Numbered from the stretch's first letter, positions 1-15,869 are shown. The stretch: DNA of 64,000 bases from Octopus vulgaris (GCA_951406725.2 OX597818.1:80848001-80912000), one strand, 5' to 3'. Numbers and translations: made by a program. Notes: generated by a model not told the origin, from the sequence alone.

Positions 1-720
1 AGTGATGAAAAGTTAAACGGTGCCGTTGGATGTTCTCCTATGGCTACCTCTAGTCCGGGTTTGTATCCTGCGGCTGTAATGCCTCCTGCCACAGATTCAA
101 GTATCGCTCCTTCTACTGCCTCCAGTACTGCTGCTACCGCTGCCACTACTGCTGCTGCTGCTGCCGCCGCCGCACCGTCTGGTGCCGCTGTCGTCTTGAA
201 TGGCACACATAATGATAACTTTAATCCTCGCAGGTCTTACCCCACTACTGCTGCCATTGGAAACGACTCTGAGAGTTGTGACGATGATGATGATGATAGC
301 TTCTCTCAACATGGTAACCTGCTCTCAAACATAGAGAACTTTTGTTTTGCCGACATGGAACCGTCGCCGAAACATAGCACAAAAAAATCCTCCAGCAATA
401 GGAACAGCAACAACTATGATAACAGTAACAATATATTCTGTGATTTAAATTCTGTCAATTTTAATACAGACAATAATAATAAAAGGGGGAGTGGTGATAG
501 TGTTTCAGGTGGCAGAAATGGTATTGAAGCGAAAACATCACCTGGCATTGCAAACGGCATTGGCGAAATGAATGGAACCAAGAATGATATTGTGACCCCC
601 AGAACTAATGAAGAAGGTGGTGGTGGTGGAGGAGGTATGATGAAGATGCATAGAAACAGGGCTGTGGAAGAGAGTGAACTTGTAACACCACAACCAGAAT
701 CGGTTAGACTGCTGCAGTGA
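1..720 (+). CDS. Terminal coding exon (5'-partial) of an unidentified gene; low-complexity Ala/Asn/Gly/Asp-rich C-terminus
   Basis: Frame 1 is open from base 1 (SDEKLNGAVGCSPM...) to TGA at 718-720; GC content is clearly higher than the flanks and AT-rich UTR-like sequence follows. No recognisable domain. Confidence 0.7.
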   Translation, partial: SDEKLNGAVGCSPMATSSPGLYPAAVMPPATDSSIAPSTASSTAATAATTAAAAAAAAPSGAAVVLNGTHNDNFNPRRSYPTTAAIGNDSESCDDDDDDSFSQHGNLLSNIENFCFADMEPSPKHSTKKSSSNRNSNNYDNSNNIFCDLNSVNFNTDNNNKRGSGDSVSGGRNGIEAKTSPGIANGIGEMNGTKNDIVTPRTNEEGGGGGGGMMKMHRNRAVEESELVTPQPESVRLLQ

Positions 721-1397
721 ATGATAAATCTCATAGATTATATTTTCTTTAAAATGAAAAATACATATTAAAAAAAATGGGAAGAATGTAGTGTGAAAGA
801 GTGAATGATTAAAAGTGAGCAAGAAAGAATGAAAACAAGTAAGAAAGAATAAGAGAATGAAAGAGAAAGACAGGCTATGAATGAATTAATAATTTGCCAA
901 ATTTCTTTTGCCCTCTTATATTCTCTTCTTCTGCTGTGACACATTCTGGACAATACCATAATTGGAAGAATGGAGGAAGGAATTTGTTAAAGAAGCAGAG
1001 TGTGTGTGCATGTGCAATGCATTTTCTCTTTATGTATGTGCATGCATGTGCAGTTATTCATTCTGTGGAACACATGCATATGCATGTACATACATGCATA
1101 TAAATATACATGCCCAGATACACACTCATATGCACACACATATACATGCACACACACACACACACACTCATATATTCATACATGCATGTGCTCACATACA
1201 CACATGCACACAAACAAATACCTGCTATCATGTCAAAAAGGTTTAATATCATCTCCTGGTCTTTGAGTGCCTTGAACAGGATTTATTTTGTCAAAAGCAA
1301 TCAGATCAGAACCCTGTCCATCCCTACCTATGACGGTTAATCTCACCAATTCCAGCAAGGTCTGTAAAAGTGATCAGTATTGCCACTCCATTCTTGA

Positions 1398-1431
<34 letters not shown>

Positions 1432-4400
1432 TAGATAGATAGATAGATAGATTCATTGCTTAATATTAAACAACTGAATGCCCAATACATATTATAGAGA
1501 TGGTTCTTTTAAATTTTTTTTATTAACACTGAATCTGAGAGCTTGTCTCACAAGACAACCTTTCAGCTTCAGTTTTAATAAAAAAAAATAAACTACACAC
1601 ACACAAATACTCTTATGTTAAATAGCTTACAACAAAAATTCTTCATTTATTAAAATTATCTTCACCTAAATGATGTATTATCATTCCCAAATGACAATTA
1701 TGACCAGCCTCACCTGAGAAAGGAATATATCCTCAAGATTCAAAAATTCTCCAAAACTGACATGACTTTAAGGAAAAGAATAGGTTTATTGTATGGAAAT
1801 AAGAGGATAGTCATGGACATATGTTTCTAGTCAATAGCCTTTATTAGCACAACAATTGTCCAGCCTTGTCTCCAGTACCCAAAGAATAAGACTTGACTTA
1901 TACGAACAAAAAAAAAAAGAGAAGAAATAGTAATAGCTTTGGTGGTTTGCATAATTTAAACAAAAACGAGCCAAAAGAAATAATTTGAAATGGCCAATAA
2001 TGTATTTGGATAACATAGACAAATACTGGTATACTAAATACTTTGCAACAAAAATCCCTAATGGAGATATGGAAATCTAAGTAGATTTCTTAGTCAGAAT
2101 TCTTGCAAATACTGGCCAACAGAGTACATAGAACAGTTTCCTTTAAGGAAACTGTTCTATGCAAACTGAAATTGACGTCTACCTTCTGCATGATTTTGGG
2201 GGCTAATAGCCTGTAAGATAAACACCCTGTAACAAATACAATTCATTTTCAGCAGGGGTGTACTGTAGCAACAAAGAATGACACAATGTGGAACTTGGCT
2301 TGGTAACTGAACCCAGGGTTTTTAATGATCTTCATAAACAGCAATCACATGAGTGAGATGAGCTCTCAATGAGATCATGGAATTACAACTTGACTTCATA
2401 AGTAGATCACTAAAAGAAGCTTTATGAAAATGAATTGACACATTGTCATTCACAAAATCTCTTAAAATACTTGTTGACTGAATGAGAACTCAATATAATA
2501 TACTGATAGATAGACAGACAGACTGACTGACAAAGAAAGAAAGATAGACTGACAAAGAAAGAAAGATAGACTGACAGAGAAAGAAGAGATAGACTGACAG
2601 AGAAAGAAGGATATTGGTAGACAGATATATATATATATAATATTATATATATATTTATATATTTAAAAACAAGTGGGAGTATATTTTTCTTTTCTGGTCC
2701 ATAATTTGTCAAAGTTAATTATAGATTTACGCCTGTAGATCTCTCTCTCTCTCTCTCTCTCTACATATATATATATATACATACACACATACACGCGCGC
2801 ACACACACACACAGGGAGAGAAAAGAGTGTTATTGTTTGCTAAAAGCATTGCAGAATATGTAGAATAAGAATTTTGAAAGCCATGGCATTGAAGTTGGAA
2901 AGTGAGAAAACATAAGGAATGATAAAACATTTAAGAATCTGATATTTTGGGTGAAAACACTTTTTTGATGAGGCAAATAATAATGAGAACAGCAGAATAT
3001 GAGTTTCATATACAAGCATGAAACTACAAGGAACTCAAACGTGTCTCCTGTTCGTATCAGTCCCTGAAAGAGGTTTTTTTTTTTACTTGAAATATCAGAT
3101 TATTAAATAATATGAAGTAACAGTTTATTGTAATTTTCTAAATCTCATCTGTGTGTGTGTGTGTGTATATATTACAATTAATAAGAGGAATGACAACTAA
3201 AGTGGAATCCTATATGCTAGAAATAGACGTCAAATCACCTTACCACACAAAGTGTGTTCTCAAGAAAAAAACCTAGCAAACATACATACAAATATACATA
3301 CATATACATACATACATGTGTGTGTTTGTATGTATGTATATGTATGTATAAGGCATAGGAGACATTCATGTATGTATTAAGCTTTTATTAATGACATATC
3401 TCAAAAGTAAATTCAGATATAAGTAATAGCTTAGAATATATTTGATGGAAGAAAGTCAGAAATTGCTTTGGTAGTATTTCTGTCTGGGTTAAAGAAGATG
3501 CATGGTTCATGGCCTGCAGGTAGCTTTGCATCATTTTCCCCTTTCAACGAGTTTTTAACTCCATGTATTTTAACGTATTATTTGTAGTTGAATTTGCTAT
3601 GTGATACATCACTAAAATAAGACTTATTTATATACTTCTTGATGCTCCTACATTTGTATTATATATATGTGTGTGTGTGTGTGAAGGCACATGGCATAAT
3701 GGTTAGAGTGTTAGGCTCACAATCATGAGGTAGAGAGTTCGATTCTTGGGCTGGGCTGTGTGTTGTGTTCTTGAGCAAGACTCTTTATTTCACATTGCTC
3801 CAGTTCACACTCAGCTGTAGAAATGAGCTGCCATGTCACTGGTGCCAAGCTGTATTGGCTTTTGCCTTTCCCTTGGATATCATTAGTGATGTGGAGAGGT
3901 GAGGCTAGTATACCTGGCCGACTGCTGATCTTCCACAAACAATCTTGCTTGGATTTGTTCCTCGAAGGGTAACTTTCTAGTGGAATACCATGGTCATTCA
4001 TGCCTGAAGGAGGTCTTTACCCTTTATTCAATATATATGTATATATACATATAAGCATGGCTTCCACTGGGCTTGACATGTCATAAGGTTCACAAAAACC
4101 AGGAAAACCTATGCAATTGCTGAGTGGTATCCAAGAGACCAGAAAAGGCCTTCACTCATGACAATGGGAAGATGATTTAGTTAAATGATTTGGGCCATAA
4201 ACAATCAAGAAATAATTAGAAGTGCATTGTGACCAATGGTGTATAATCTGGTCAATACAAATGATATGTGTGTGTGTGTATATATATATATGTGTTGATT
4301 TTGTTTGGCATAGAGATACTAATAAACAGTTGTTACAACTCAATATACATTCCCATAACTTAGCAGTTTGGCAAAAGAGACTGATACAATAATTTCCAAG

Positions 4401-5129
4401 CTTAAAAATAGTACTGAGCTCAAATCGTTTGGCTAAACCCTTCAAGGTGGTGTCACAGTATGGCAGCAATCTGATGACTGAAACAAGAAGATAAAAGTTA
4501 TGTTTCAGAGTAAAGCATGAAGAGAGTACAGAGCGTAACATCAATAAATGAATGACAAAAGAACATTAATTCATACACACACACACACTCACACACATAT
4601 ACACACACAAATGTTAGAGTTACAAATGAAAAAAATTTCAGTAGATTTTGAAGAATTTATATGGAAACAGTTGATGATGCTCTCAACATTTCTTATTGCT
4701 GGGTGACCACTGGAACTTTGCAAAAGAAATCTGTGTGAATTATTGTCAGTTGTTTCCATAAGTGTTTTTTTTTACAGGTTATATCTATTTTAGATGAGCA
4801 TACTGCTTGCACAGACAGACTTTATATCCAGCAGGGTTTTTTTTTTTTTATCTAAGGATAAGTGGATCATAAACAATTAGTGAATAGAAGAATTCCACTA
4901 TTGTAGTAATATTGGGTTAGTGCAGTGGCTGCAGACAACAATGACAATGTCTATGACAAGAAATCAAATGATGCACAGAATTCTAGATCAGATGGTTGCC
5001 TGGAATGTTGAGCTATATGATTTGGGCCAAGACCAACAAGAAGGGCATAGTCAAGAAATTGGAAATGCATTGTGGTCAGCAATGTATAACAACAGTCTTA
5101 TAGATACAGGCAATGTGTGTGTATGTATG

Positions 5130-5187
<58 letters not shown>

Positions 5188-8100
5188 CATCGGTAGCGCA
5201 GTAGGCAGCGCGTCAGTCTTATATATATATATATATATATTTATATGTTGATTTGGCTTAAGCATGGTGATACAACCAGTTAGAACTCAATATATTTATG
5301 CTTTTAGAGCAAAGCATCAGGAGAGTTCAGTGTGTAATATCAATTAATAAATGACAACATTGGGACACATGGACACACATCTGTTACAAATGAGAGAAAT
5401 AATATTTAATACAGTTAGCTATGATTGATCTGATAGATGCTAACATCTCGACTGTAACAGCCTTTAGGGCGCTCGTTCAGGAATTTACTTTGACAGACAA
5501 AATTAAGTTAAGACCATGTGACAAAAAGAATTGTTGTTTATATATTAAGGAGGTTGATGTTATATGAGATCATATCGTTATTGGAATATAAGTTCAGTGA
5601 ATGCTGTGTTATAGATCCAACTAAAAAAATGCTAAGCTTCTGAATTAGCTACTTTCAGAAAGACTGGATGAAGTTGTTATCAGGGAACACGCATACATGT
5701 CAGAACACTTGCTTGAGTTTTTGGTAGCATACTGAATCCAGATGTTTACTAGAATATTTGGTCATGGTGTGGGTATGGTTGTGTGACTAAGAAGCTCACT
5801 TTGCAAACCTGTGGCTCTGGGTTCAATCCTACAGTGTAACACCTTGGACAAGTGTCTTCTGCTATAGTCCTAGACTAACGAATACCATGTGAATGGTTTT
5901 GGTAAATGGAAACTACATGGAAACCTGTCTTTTATATATCCTTATACACACACACACGTGTGTTTGTCCCACTCCACCACTTGACAATAGGTGTTGGTTT
6001 GTTTATATCCTCTTAACAAAAGAGTCCAACAGAATAAGTATAAACTTTAAAAATTAAGTATCTGAGTTGACCTGTCTGATTAAAAACCCTTTGAGGCAGT
6101 TCCCCAGCATGGCTGCTGTCCAATGACTGAAGCAAATATAAAGATAAAAAGGTGCTATTGAATCCTGTCCTTTATCAAAATGCCGGACAAAGTTTTTATT
6201 TGGGTGCTGAGTCAGATGGCTGCCACAAGCACTAGATCCAGGCCAGTTGTCAAAATACTGGTAAAATGTTGATTCAAGTGGTGCTATAGAGAAGGTGGAT
6301 CAAGCTGCTACAAAAGTTTATATGTATGGCTGCTGGGTTGAAACAGCTGCAAAAGTAATGAAATCAGAAAACAGTAATAAATAACCAGACAAATCAATCT
6401 TGAAGTATTTAATCTTTGAAGTGTTAGAAACCTGGATAAATTGTTGTGGTTTTAGCACTTAACCCAACAACCAATACTTAAGCAAATGTTGCTTACATGT
6501 TAGCTAGACTAGACTCATGTGACTGGCCATATAGGATCATCATGTTTAGAGAAATAGATCAGTCTAAATTAGTGGGATGACTGGGACTAGGGTCTAATTT
6601 AAACTATGGCTAGGTTGAGGCATGGAACTGGATCAGATAACACTGGATCTGACATTGAATCATACAAAGTAAATAGAGTGCTTTGAGTTTTTACTGGAAC
6701 AGCTGAGGGAACTGAATGTGAACCAAGTTTCACAAAGATTGGTTGAGACAGCTGACACCTTGCACTTGAAAAAAACTTCATATTCTGTTATTTTAAAAAT
6801 CTGTTTTGCCCTCCAAAACTCAATTGCAATTAGATAAACTTCAAGATAAAAGGACAATTAAAAATCACCATCGGTATCCATTATCAGGTGTTAAGTTAGA
6901 TATTGAGATACTTCGTAAATGATTTCTTCATATTCCAACCAAGAAAAGTATTTACTTTTTACATAGTTTAAACAAAAGAAGACCTGACTAGAAATATATG
7001 ACAATGATGATATGTTAGGAATGTCATAAGGCAGTGAGCTGGCAGAACCATTAGCACGCTGGACAAAATGCTTAGCAGTATTTTGCCCATCACTACATTC
7101 TGAGTTCAAATTCTGTTGAGGTCGACTTTGCCTTTCATCCTTTCAGGGTCGACAAATTAAGTATGAGTTAGGCACTGGGATCGATGTAATCAACTTATCT
7201 CCACCCCTAAAATTTCAGGCCTTGTGCCTATAGTAGAAAGGATATGTTAGGAATGTCATATGAATTGTCAAAGCACAGTTCTACAATGTTAATAATATTT
7301 GTTCCAAACACAAACCAATGAATTAAATGTAACTAAAAAAAAAGGTAGTGGAGGGGATTTACATGTGAAAGAACATAGACACACACACACGTAAGCAACA
7401 TGCACAGCCACCTTCACATACAACCACACACCTCTTGCACATTTACAGAGGGAGAGAATGAGTGAGGGCAATAGAGATATATATTCCAGAATGTCTGGCA
7501 AAGTGTGATTAATTTGAAAGGTTTTGAAGGTGTTGAGAATTTGTGCCTTTTCTAAGTTGCCAAAATCTTCATCATATTTCCACGCCCATTGCAGATTAAG
7601 AGAATCTGCCACCACCTCAAGAAATACACTCCAAAACCACCCCCATTTCCAGAGACCCCCTCCCTGAAAAAAACCAATCAAAAAACTACTGAGCGGCCAT
7701 TCTTGTTTTATTTTTCTTGAATATATTTTTTATCTTTTATCTTAATCAGGATATTCTTTCTCATTATCATATTGGTTTATTGATTAGACACGAAGGGAAG
7801 CTTAATTGAATGAAGTGCATTTTCTGTAATTAATTATCGTTACTTATTTCATCAGTCACAATAACAGAGAAGGTAATGTCACATCCTTGTGAGATTTGAA
7901 CTTGGAACAGAGGTTACTTAGCACGTAAACCAATGCTCAACTGTTTCTGCACAATTACTGCCCTTGAATTTTTTGTTCTCTTCATCAGCTAGCTTTTTAA
8001 CATAGGCAGAAGCCCCTAAATTTAGGCAATGTTGTATAGTTGATCAAACAGTACTTAGCCTAGAACTTATTGACTCCCAGATGGATGGAAACCAAACTTG

Positions 8101-11100
8101 ACTTTTGTGGGATACAAAGTCAAAATGTAAAGATGTGTAACTAAATACCTCAAGCAATTTTTTTTCTTATTTGTTGGTTGTTTTACCACTTCTACCAGTT
8201 TATATTGAGTTGACTGTCTGTGGAAATGGTAAACTAACAGCTGATAAGAAGTCTTTTAAAAAACAGCGAGCTGGTAGAAATGTTAGCATGCCGAGTGAAA
8301 TGCTTAACAGTATTTCGTCTATTGTTACATTCTGGGTTCAAATTCTGCCGAGGTCGACTTTGGCTTTCCTCCTATAGGGGTCGATAAATTAAGTACCATC
8401 TATGTACTGGGGTCGATAGCCCCTTGTGGGCATTAAAGAAATAAGAAGTCTTTTAATGATGAAAGCTGATGAGTTGTGGAATGTAAAATACTGCATTTAG
8501 TTTTGGAACTTTGTTCTAAATTAAAGTCTCGCTAGGTTAGACTTTTCTTGTTTCAAAGTCAACAGAAATAAGTACCAGTTGTTAAGACATCTATGTTCTA
8601 ATAACTCGTTAAACATCTATGCTTGCCCTTCCCTCTACATTAGCGACATCAGTAACCTCTGTTGTTATTGGAGTGAACTAATATGTTGGTGTTTCAGTTC
8701 TCAGATAGAGCTTATTTTATTTCACTTACATTGTTAGAATCCTCAAGGGCATGAATGTCACTCCCCTATAAATTTTAACATTGTGTCTAATCTAAAAAAT
8801 TAATATCAATCAAGGCAGCATGATTTTAAGGGCACCAGAATAAATAAATGCCTTGCAATGTTGAGGTTTCATCCCTCAGTACACTATGTTCATATCTGGT
8901 GGAGATCAATAAAGTTTTCATTCACCAATGCTCTATAAATTTAGCACCAGTAATATAATGTGATCAATTCAATCAACTTATTTTGCTCTTTCTAAAATCT
9001 GGCCTTGTCTACAGAAATCAATATAAATTTCTGTGTGTGTTTGTGTGTCTTCATTTTTGCCTTTCCTTCCTCTAAGATATAAATCTTTCTTGCCACTATG
9101 AAAGGAATCCAGTATTAATTGTATGTGGCCATGCAACAGTGCTAAAAAACCTATATTGTTTGCTTTGGTGGAATCACTCGTTACTGTGGACATAAATGAC
9201 AAGCTGAACTTTTGTGTTGGTTCTGATTCCTGCCTGGAGTCCATTATTTTCCCCCTTACATCATAAATGCTCTTGGCAAACACAATTCCACTTTATAAGA
9301 AGTAATTATGATCCTTGTGATGTTGAACACTTTTAGCAGAAATGTAAAACTCTAGAAATCCCCTAGCCCTCAAACAGGCTTTCAAGGGCCAGTGAATTCA
9401 TGATGTTATGTAGAAAGTATCTTCCCTGGATAGGATGCCAGTCTATCGCAGGTAACATTCCCATATGTATTTAAATCTGGCGGTACATATTCCTACTGAT
9501 AGCTAGCGAGTGGGAGCTGGACTGAAACGTGAATTAAATGCATTGTCCAGAAGCATTACTAAAGAACTGCATTGGATTTGAACTCCTAATCTCAGTGGAC
9601 CTCCCTTCAGCTGTGAGCTAGAAGGTGGTGAGGCTCGGCATCTACTCTTTCATTTATTTCAGTTAATGTTAATTGCTAAGCCCTTTGTTTCTATTCTTCT
9701 CATGAAAATACGAAAAAAAAATTTCACAATAATGTAAAGAAAAAACAAAAATAAAGACATTGATTTAACAGACTAAAGATTTATGAACAATATCATCATT
9801 GCTATCATCATCATCATCAAAAACATATTTCCTGCTCTTTGTCTTTCCTTCCACCACTACTAAGTGTTGTCTTAAGACCTGGCCACACTACACTGTTGCC
9901 CAGGGGTATGGGGGTCACACAAGTCTTGGAGCACACTGCTAATCTATTTATTTTGTGGTTTTCTGTCAAATGCACTTCTTTACTCAGGGTGGCCTATAAA
10001 GCTGTTGAGACAACCCTGATACAGTTCCTGTTCTATCAACCTTCACCCCCAGCCATGTGTCAACCATTCCCCTCACACACACACACACACACCTCAACCT
10101 GTTAGAAATAGATACTAAATCACAGTCAAGTCATACCCTGATCTAGCTCAAACCAACACATTATGATCATTGCATGAATCATTTTTAAACCCATCCCTGC
10201 TGTATTAGAGCTAAGCTAACCTTGATGTTACTCAACGGTTTCTCACCCACGTCCTTCTCTTGCCACCCCAATCTCCTGCCATTGTGTCCCATGCACTAAA
10301 CACCTCTCCACAATCAATACTTTCCAGATATTAACCTTCTAAAATATGCCTTCTTTGGCCCTGTTTTTGCTATTGAATCCCAGCCTGTCAGAGTTGCATC
10401 AGCCTCTTTAGTCTAAAAGGATCTGGATTGGCTGAAGGCTCTGCCCTAGCCCCTAGATACACTAAATGCTGTTGACAAAAGAATTCAGTGTTCTAGCAAG
10501 AGATACACTGGTTTTATTAGAATGGGAAGGTGGGGATGGTGGTGGGGGGTCACACTACAGTACTTATAGCTTTGTTATAAATGTTGTGATTTTGTTCTGT
10601 ACATTCACAGATGGCACCACTACAATAAGGTATCAGATTACAAGTCCAAAGCTGAATGGTTCATACCATCATGTCATCAGCAATCCATTACAAAGACACA
10701 CAATATATATAAATATAAGGTGCATGGCTCGGTGCTTAGAGCATCAGGCTCACAGTTGTGAGGTTGTGAGTTTGATTCCTGGACCGGGCTGTGTTGTGTT
10801 CTTGAGCAAGATTCTTTATTTCACATTGCTCCAGTTCACTCAGCTATAGAAATGAGTTGCAATGTCACTGGTGCAAGGCCAAGCTGTATTGTTCTTTGCC
10901 TTTCCCTTGATTGACATCAGTGGTGTGGAGAGGGCAGGCTGGTATGCATGGGCGACTGCTGGTCTTCCATAGACAACCTTGCCTGGACTTGTACCTTGGA
11001 GGGGAACTTTCTAAGTGCAATCCAATGGTCATTCATGACCGAAGGAGGTCTTATATATATATATATATATATATGTGCATGTGTATGTATCATCATCATT

Positions 11101-13319
11101 TTGATATCCACTTTTCCATGTTTGTGTGAGGCAGATTTTCTACAACTGGATATGCTTCCTGTTGCTAACCCTCACCTATGTCCAGGTAAGGCAATATTTC
11201 CCTATGACCAGACATGTTTTCATGGAAGACTGCAAATAAAGAACACTGCTTGTATGACCATGACACACATACATACATGATGGATTTATTTCAGATTCCA
11301 TCTTGCAAATCCACTCATGAGGTTTTGGTTGGTTCAGGACTATTGTAGAAAATGTGCACAGGTTGCTATACAGTGGGACTGAACCCCAAAATCTTGTGAC
11401 TGGGAAGTGAACTTCTCAGCTGTATAAACATACCTGCACCTATATATGTGTGTGTCACTGTCTGGCTGCAATGACATCATACGAAAGTTTCAAGTGAGTA
11501 TTGCTGTCATACAAACTGTTCTTAACTCCCAATTTTCTATGGAAACATGTCTGAAAACATGTATACACACACACACACGTCACAAGGTGCTGGGATTTGT
11601 TTTGCTCCAGGTGTCAGTTGATTGGGTAGCACTATGCAACAACAAAAACAAATAAAACTTTTTTTTTTAATACTGAACTAACGTTTTCCATGGCTGCAAT
11701 CTTAATTCATTACCATTGTTACCATGGTTACGTTCTTATTCCTCACCATTATTTCCATGGTTACATTCTTATCCATCATCATCATTTTTTTTTTATACGA
11801 TCTGATTCATATAGCACATTGTTTCTATTGATACATCATTATGCTTCATCACTATCGTTTCCATAGTAATGGCCACATTTCAATGCCATTGTTTCCATGG
11901 GTAAAATTTATTCCTCACAAATGTTGCCATGGATATGACCTTATATTTACTACATGGGGTTACTAGCATTAGACAGTCTCCCACAGTAACAGTTTCTATG
12001 GATACAACTTACAAACAAATATTTCATCCTTACTGTTACCATGGCAATTCTGTGTGTGGTGTGTGTGAGTAAGTTCCAAAGATCTGTTTTTCCCCCTACC
12101 CCTGCCTGTTTCGCTCTCCCCCATTCACTATACATATTACACCTCCATTTTATATATATTTGTATGTGTGTGTATATACATATATACATACAGCTAAGTG
12201 GACAAGTGAAAGAAAAGAGCACTCAAAGCATTTAGTAGGAGTTACATGTATAATTTAAAACAGGTTGATATGGTTCCTTGCAACTTGAAGTTTCTCGGGC
12301 CTCTAACAGAGAAGCCCATCTCTTTCGGGCATCACTTTACAGCAATCCAGAGTGCAGGCTTCTGTTATAGACCTCCAAAACTTTTAAGTCACATAGTACC
12401 ATATCAAACTACTTTAAATAATATATATGTATGTGTATATATATATGTATGTATACACACACACACACATATATATATATATACATATACTAACTGCTGG
12501 CACTCTGTTGGTTACGATGATGAGGGTTCTAGTTGATCCAATCATTGGGACAGCTTGCTCGTGAAATAAATGTGCAAGTGGCTGCGCCCACCACAGACAG
12601 ACATTCACTGGGAACTTCAGCATGACACAAAATGTGACAAGGCTGGCTCGTTTTGAAATACAGGCACTACTCATTTTTGGCAGTTGAGGGGACTGTAGCA
12701 ATGTGAAATAAAGTTTCTTGCTTAAGGACACATTATACATACATTATATATAAACACATATGTATATACATATATATATATACACATATATGTATATACA
12801 TATATATATACACATATATGTATCATCATCATCATCATCATTTAGCGTCCGTTTTCCATGCTAGCATGGGTTGGTCGGTTTAACTGGGGTCTGTGAAGCC
12901 GGAAGGCTTCATCAGGCCTAGTCAGATTTGGCAGTGTTTCTACGGCTGGATGCCCTTTCTAACGCCAACCACTCCGCGAGTGTAGTGGGTGTTTTTTATG
13001 TGCCACCTGCACAGGTGCCAGACAGAGCTGGCACAATGGCCACGAACGGATGGTGCTTTTACGTGTCACTGGCACGGGGCCAGCCGAGGCTGGCAATTTT
13101 ATATATACATATATTATATATACACATACATTATATATATATATATATATATGTGAATAGTATGAATTATAAATTCAGAGAATCATGAAGCTATCACAGT
13201 AGGCACCTCATTCAGAATAGGCTATCAGTTTGTAATGTGTCTCTGAAAATCCCCAAAATCCAAATGATAAATTTTTCATTATCTCTCACACCACCTGGTT
13301 TTATGATTTACATATATAT

Positions 13320-13377
<58 letters not shown>

Positions 13378-15869
13378 GCTTACACACAGGCATGTATGTG
13401 TGTACATGCATGTATGTGTGTTTGTATATGTGTTGGTATATATATTCATAATTATATGCTAGTAAATAACAGGAAAATTGAGTCCTTAGTATCAGGAATT
13501 GGATAAAAATTACTTTTGAAATAGAATTTATTAACTTTCTGGCACCCAAGGTTTCACGATGACAGAAAACACCATTTATTCAACCAAAATTCAAATCACA
13601 AAAGACATTGTAATATGCACACACACATACACACACACACACACACATGCATCTCTTCATATTATCAACCATTCTGTTTGTCTTCCATCCATCTACATAT
13701 CTTTATCTATCTATCTGTTTTCCAACCTACATTCCTATCTCACTATCTATCTTTTTTGTTTGTCTTTTCACTGGCCCTTCATCTGTCTGTTCTCTCAAAT
13801 CTTTGAAAATGAAAAAAAAAATTATTATTATAACACATCCTTTTTCTCCTAAACAATCATTATTTCAAAACTTATTAACTATGATCTCACTTCACATTCG
13901 CTACCTCTATGGGTAAGTTCTTTGTGCTAAGGATCGTTGTGGTAAATGCTCTCCGTTAAGGCACCCTAACCAATCACCACCACAGAATCATCTTGCTCCA
14001 TGCCCACCCCACAAGACAAAGAGACAATTGTAATTTTGAGTGATTTGAATTTTTGTTTTGATTTTTAATGCCACTCTCCCACTACCACCACCTCCTCCTC
14101 CTCCTAAACCTGAGAATTTTGTTTGTAATTTCAATATATAAAATCAATTTTTTTTTATTTAATTTTTTAAAAATCAAAAAAAGAAAAAGGCAGAAATCAA
14201 AAACAAAAAAATTAAATTTCAAGCTCATTTTTTTCCCCCCACTTCATTTGAAAAGAAAAATTATGAATATAAAATAAAATTTTAAATCTAAAATAAATCT
14301 TGAAATATAAAAAAAAAAAAAAGAATAATGAAATAACTAATAAATGTATTGTTTAAAAAAATGATATAAATAAATATATATATATGTAAAATAAAAGACA
14401 AATATAATATTTTTGTGATTGTTGTTGTTGTTATTGATAGAGTTAAAGAGTTCAGTCGAGTTACAGATTTGCGAACACCTACAGAAGTGAACATACCCCC
14501 CCATAAAAACCATTAGTTTCTTCATAACTTTTCAGGAAGATGGATATTTTTTTTAATAAAACTTTCTGCAAATACCTTTCAGATAGTGAAGATTATTATC
14601 TCAGAATTTAATGTGGAAAAAAAAAACTGACACACATCACAATTTTTTTTGAGAATTTCAGTTTCATTTTATAGATATAAGTGATATGCGTCAGTGTGAA
14701 TGTATATGTGCTCACTAGTTTCTTTATTTTTCTTTAATTTTTTCACATTGAATTCCAATAAATTGTAAGCTATACCATCTGAAAGGTATTTTTAGAAAAT
14801 TTCATCAAAATATATCTATTTTCCTAAAAGTTATGAGGAAACAAAATTCTCTTTTGTGAATTATCTGTAACGCCTTTACTGTTTTTACTCTTTTGTTTCA
14901 GTCATTTGACTGTGGCCATGCTGGAGCACTGCCTTTAGTCGAGCAAATCAACCCCAGGACTTATTCTCTGTAAGCCTAGTACTTATTCTATCGGTCTCTT
15001 TTGCTGAACCACTAAGTTACGGGGACGTAAACACACCAGCATCGGTTGTCAAGCGATGTTGGGGGGACAAACACAGACACACAAACATATACACACACAC
15101 ATACATATATATACATATATACGACAGGCTTCTTTCAGTTTCCATCTACCAAATCTACTCACAAGGCTTTGGTTGGCCTGAGGCTATAGTAGAAGACACA
15201 TGTCCAAGGTGCCATGCAGTGGGACTGAACCCGAAACCATGTGGTTGGCAAGCAAGCTACTTACCACATAGCCACTCCTGCACCTATGAAAAATTTTCTT
15301 ACAGCGCACACACACACACACACACATGTAAATGTGTGTTTGTTCCCAACCACTGCTTGACAACTGGTATAGGTGTGTTTACATCCTTGTAGCAAGAGAC
15401 CAATAGAATAAAATACCAGGCTTTAAAAAATACATACAGAGGTTGATTCATTCACCTAAAATTGTTAAAGGCAATGCTCCAGCACGGCCACATTCTAACA
15501 ACTAAAACACAAAAGATCAAAGATATGTGTCATAGGTGCTTGTGTGGGTGTGTGGTAAGAAGTTTGCTTCCAAACCACATGGTTTTGGGTTCAGTCCCAC
15601 TGTTTTGCACCTTGGGTAAGTGTCTTCTACTCTAGCCTTGGGCTGACCAAAGTCTTGTGAGTGAATTTGGTAGACAGAAACTGAAAGGTGGCAAGCTGAA
15701 GAAACGTTAGCATGTCGGGCGAAATGCTTAGCGGTATTTCATCTGCCGTTATGTTTTAAGTTCAAATTCCACTGAGGTCGACTTTACCTTTCATCCCTTC
15801 GAGGTCGATTAAATAAGTACCAGTTATGCACTGGGGTCAATATTATTGACTTAATCCGTTTGTACAAGT

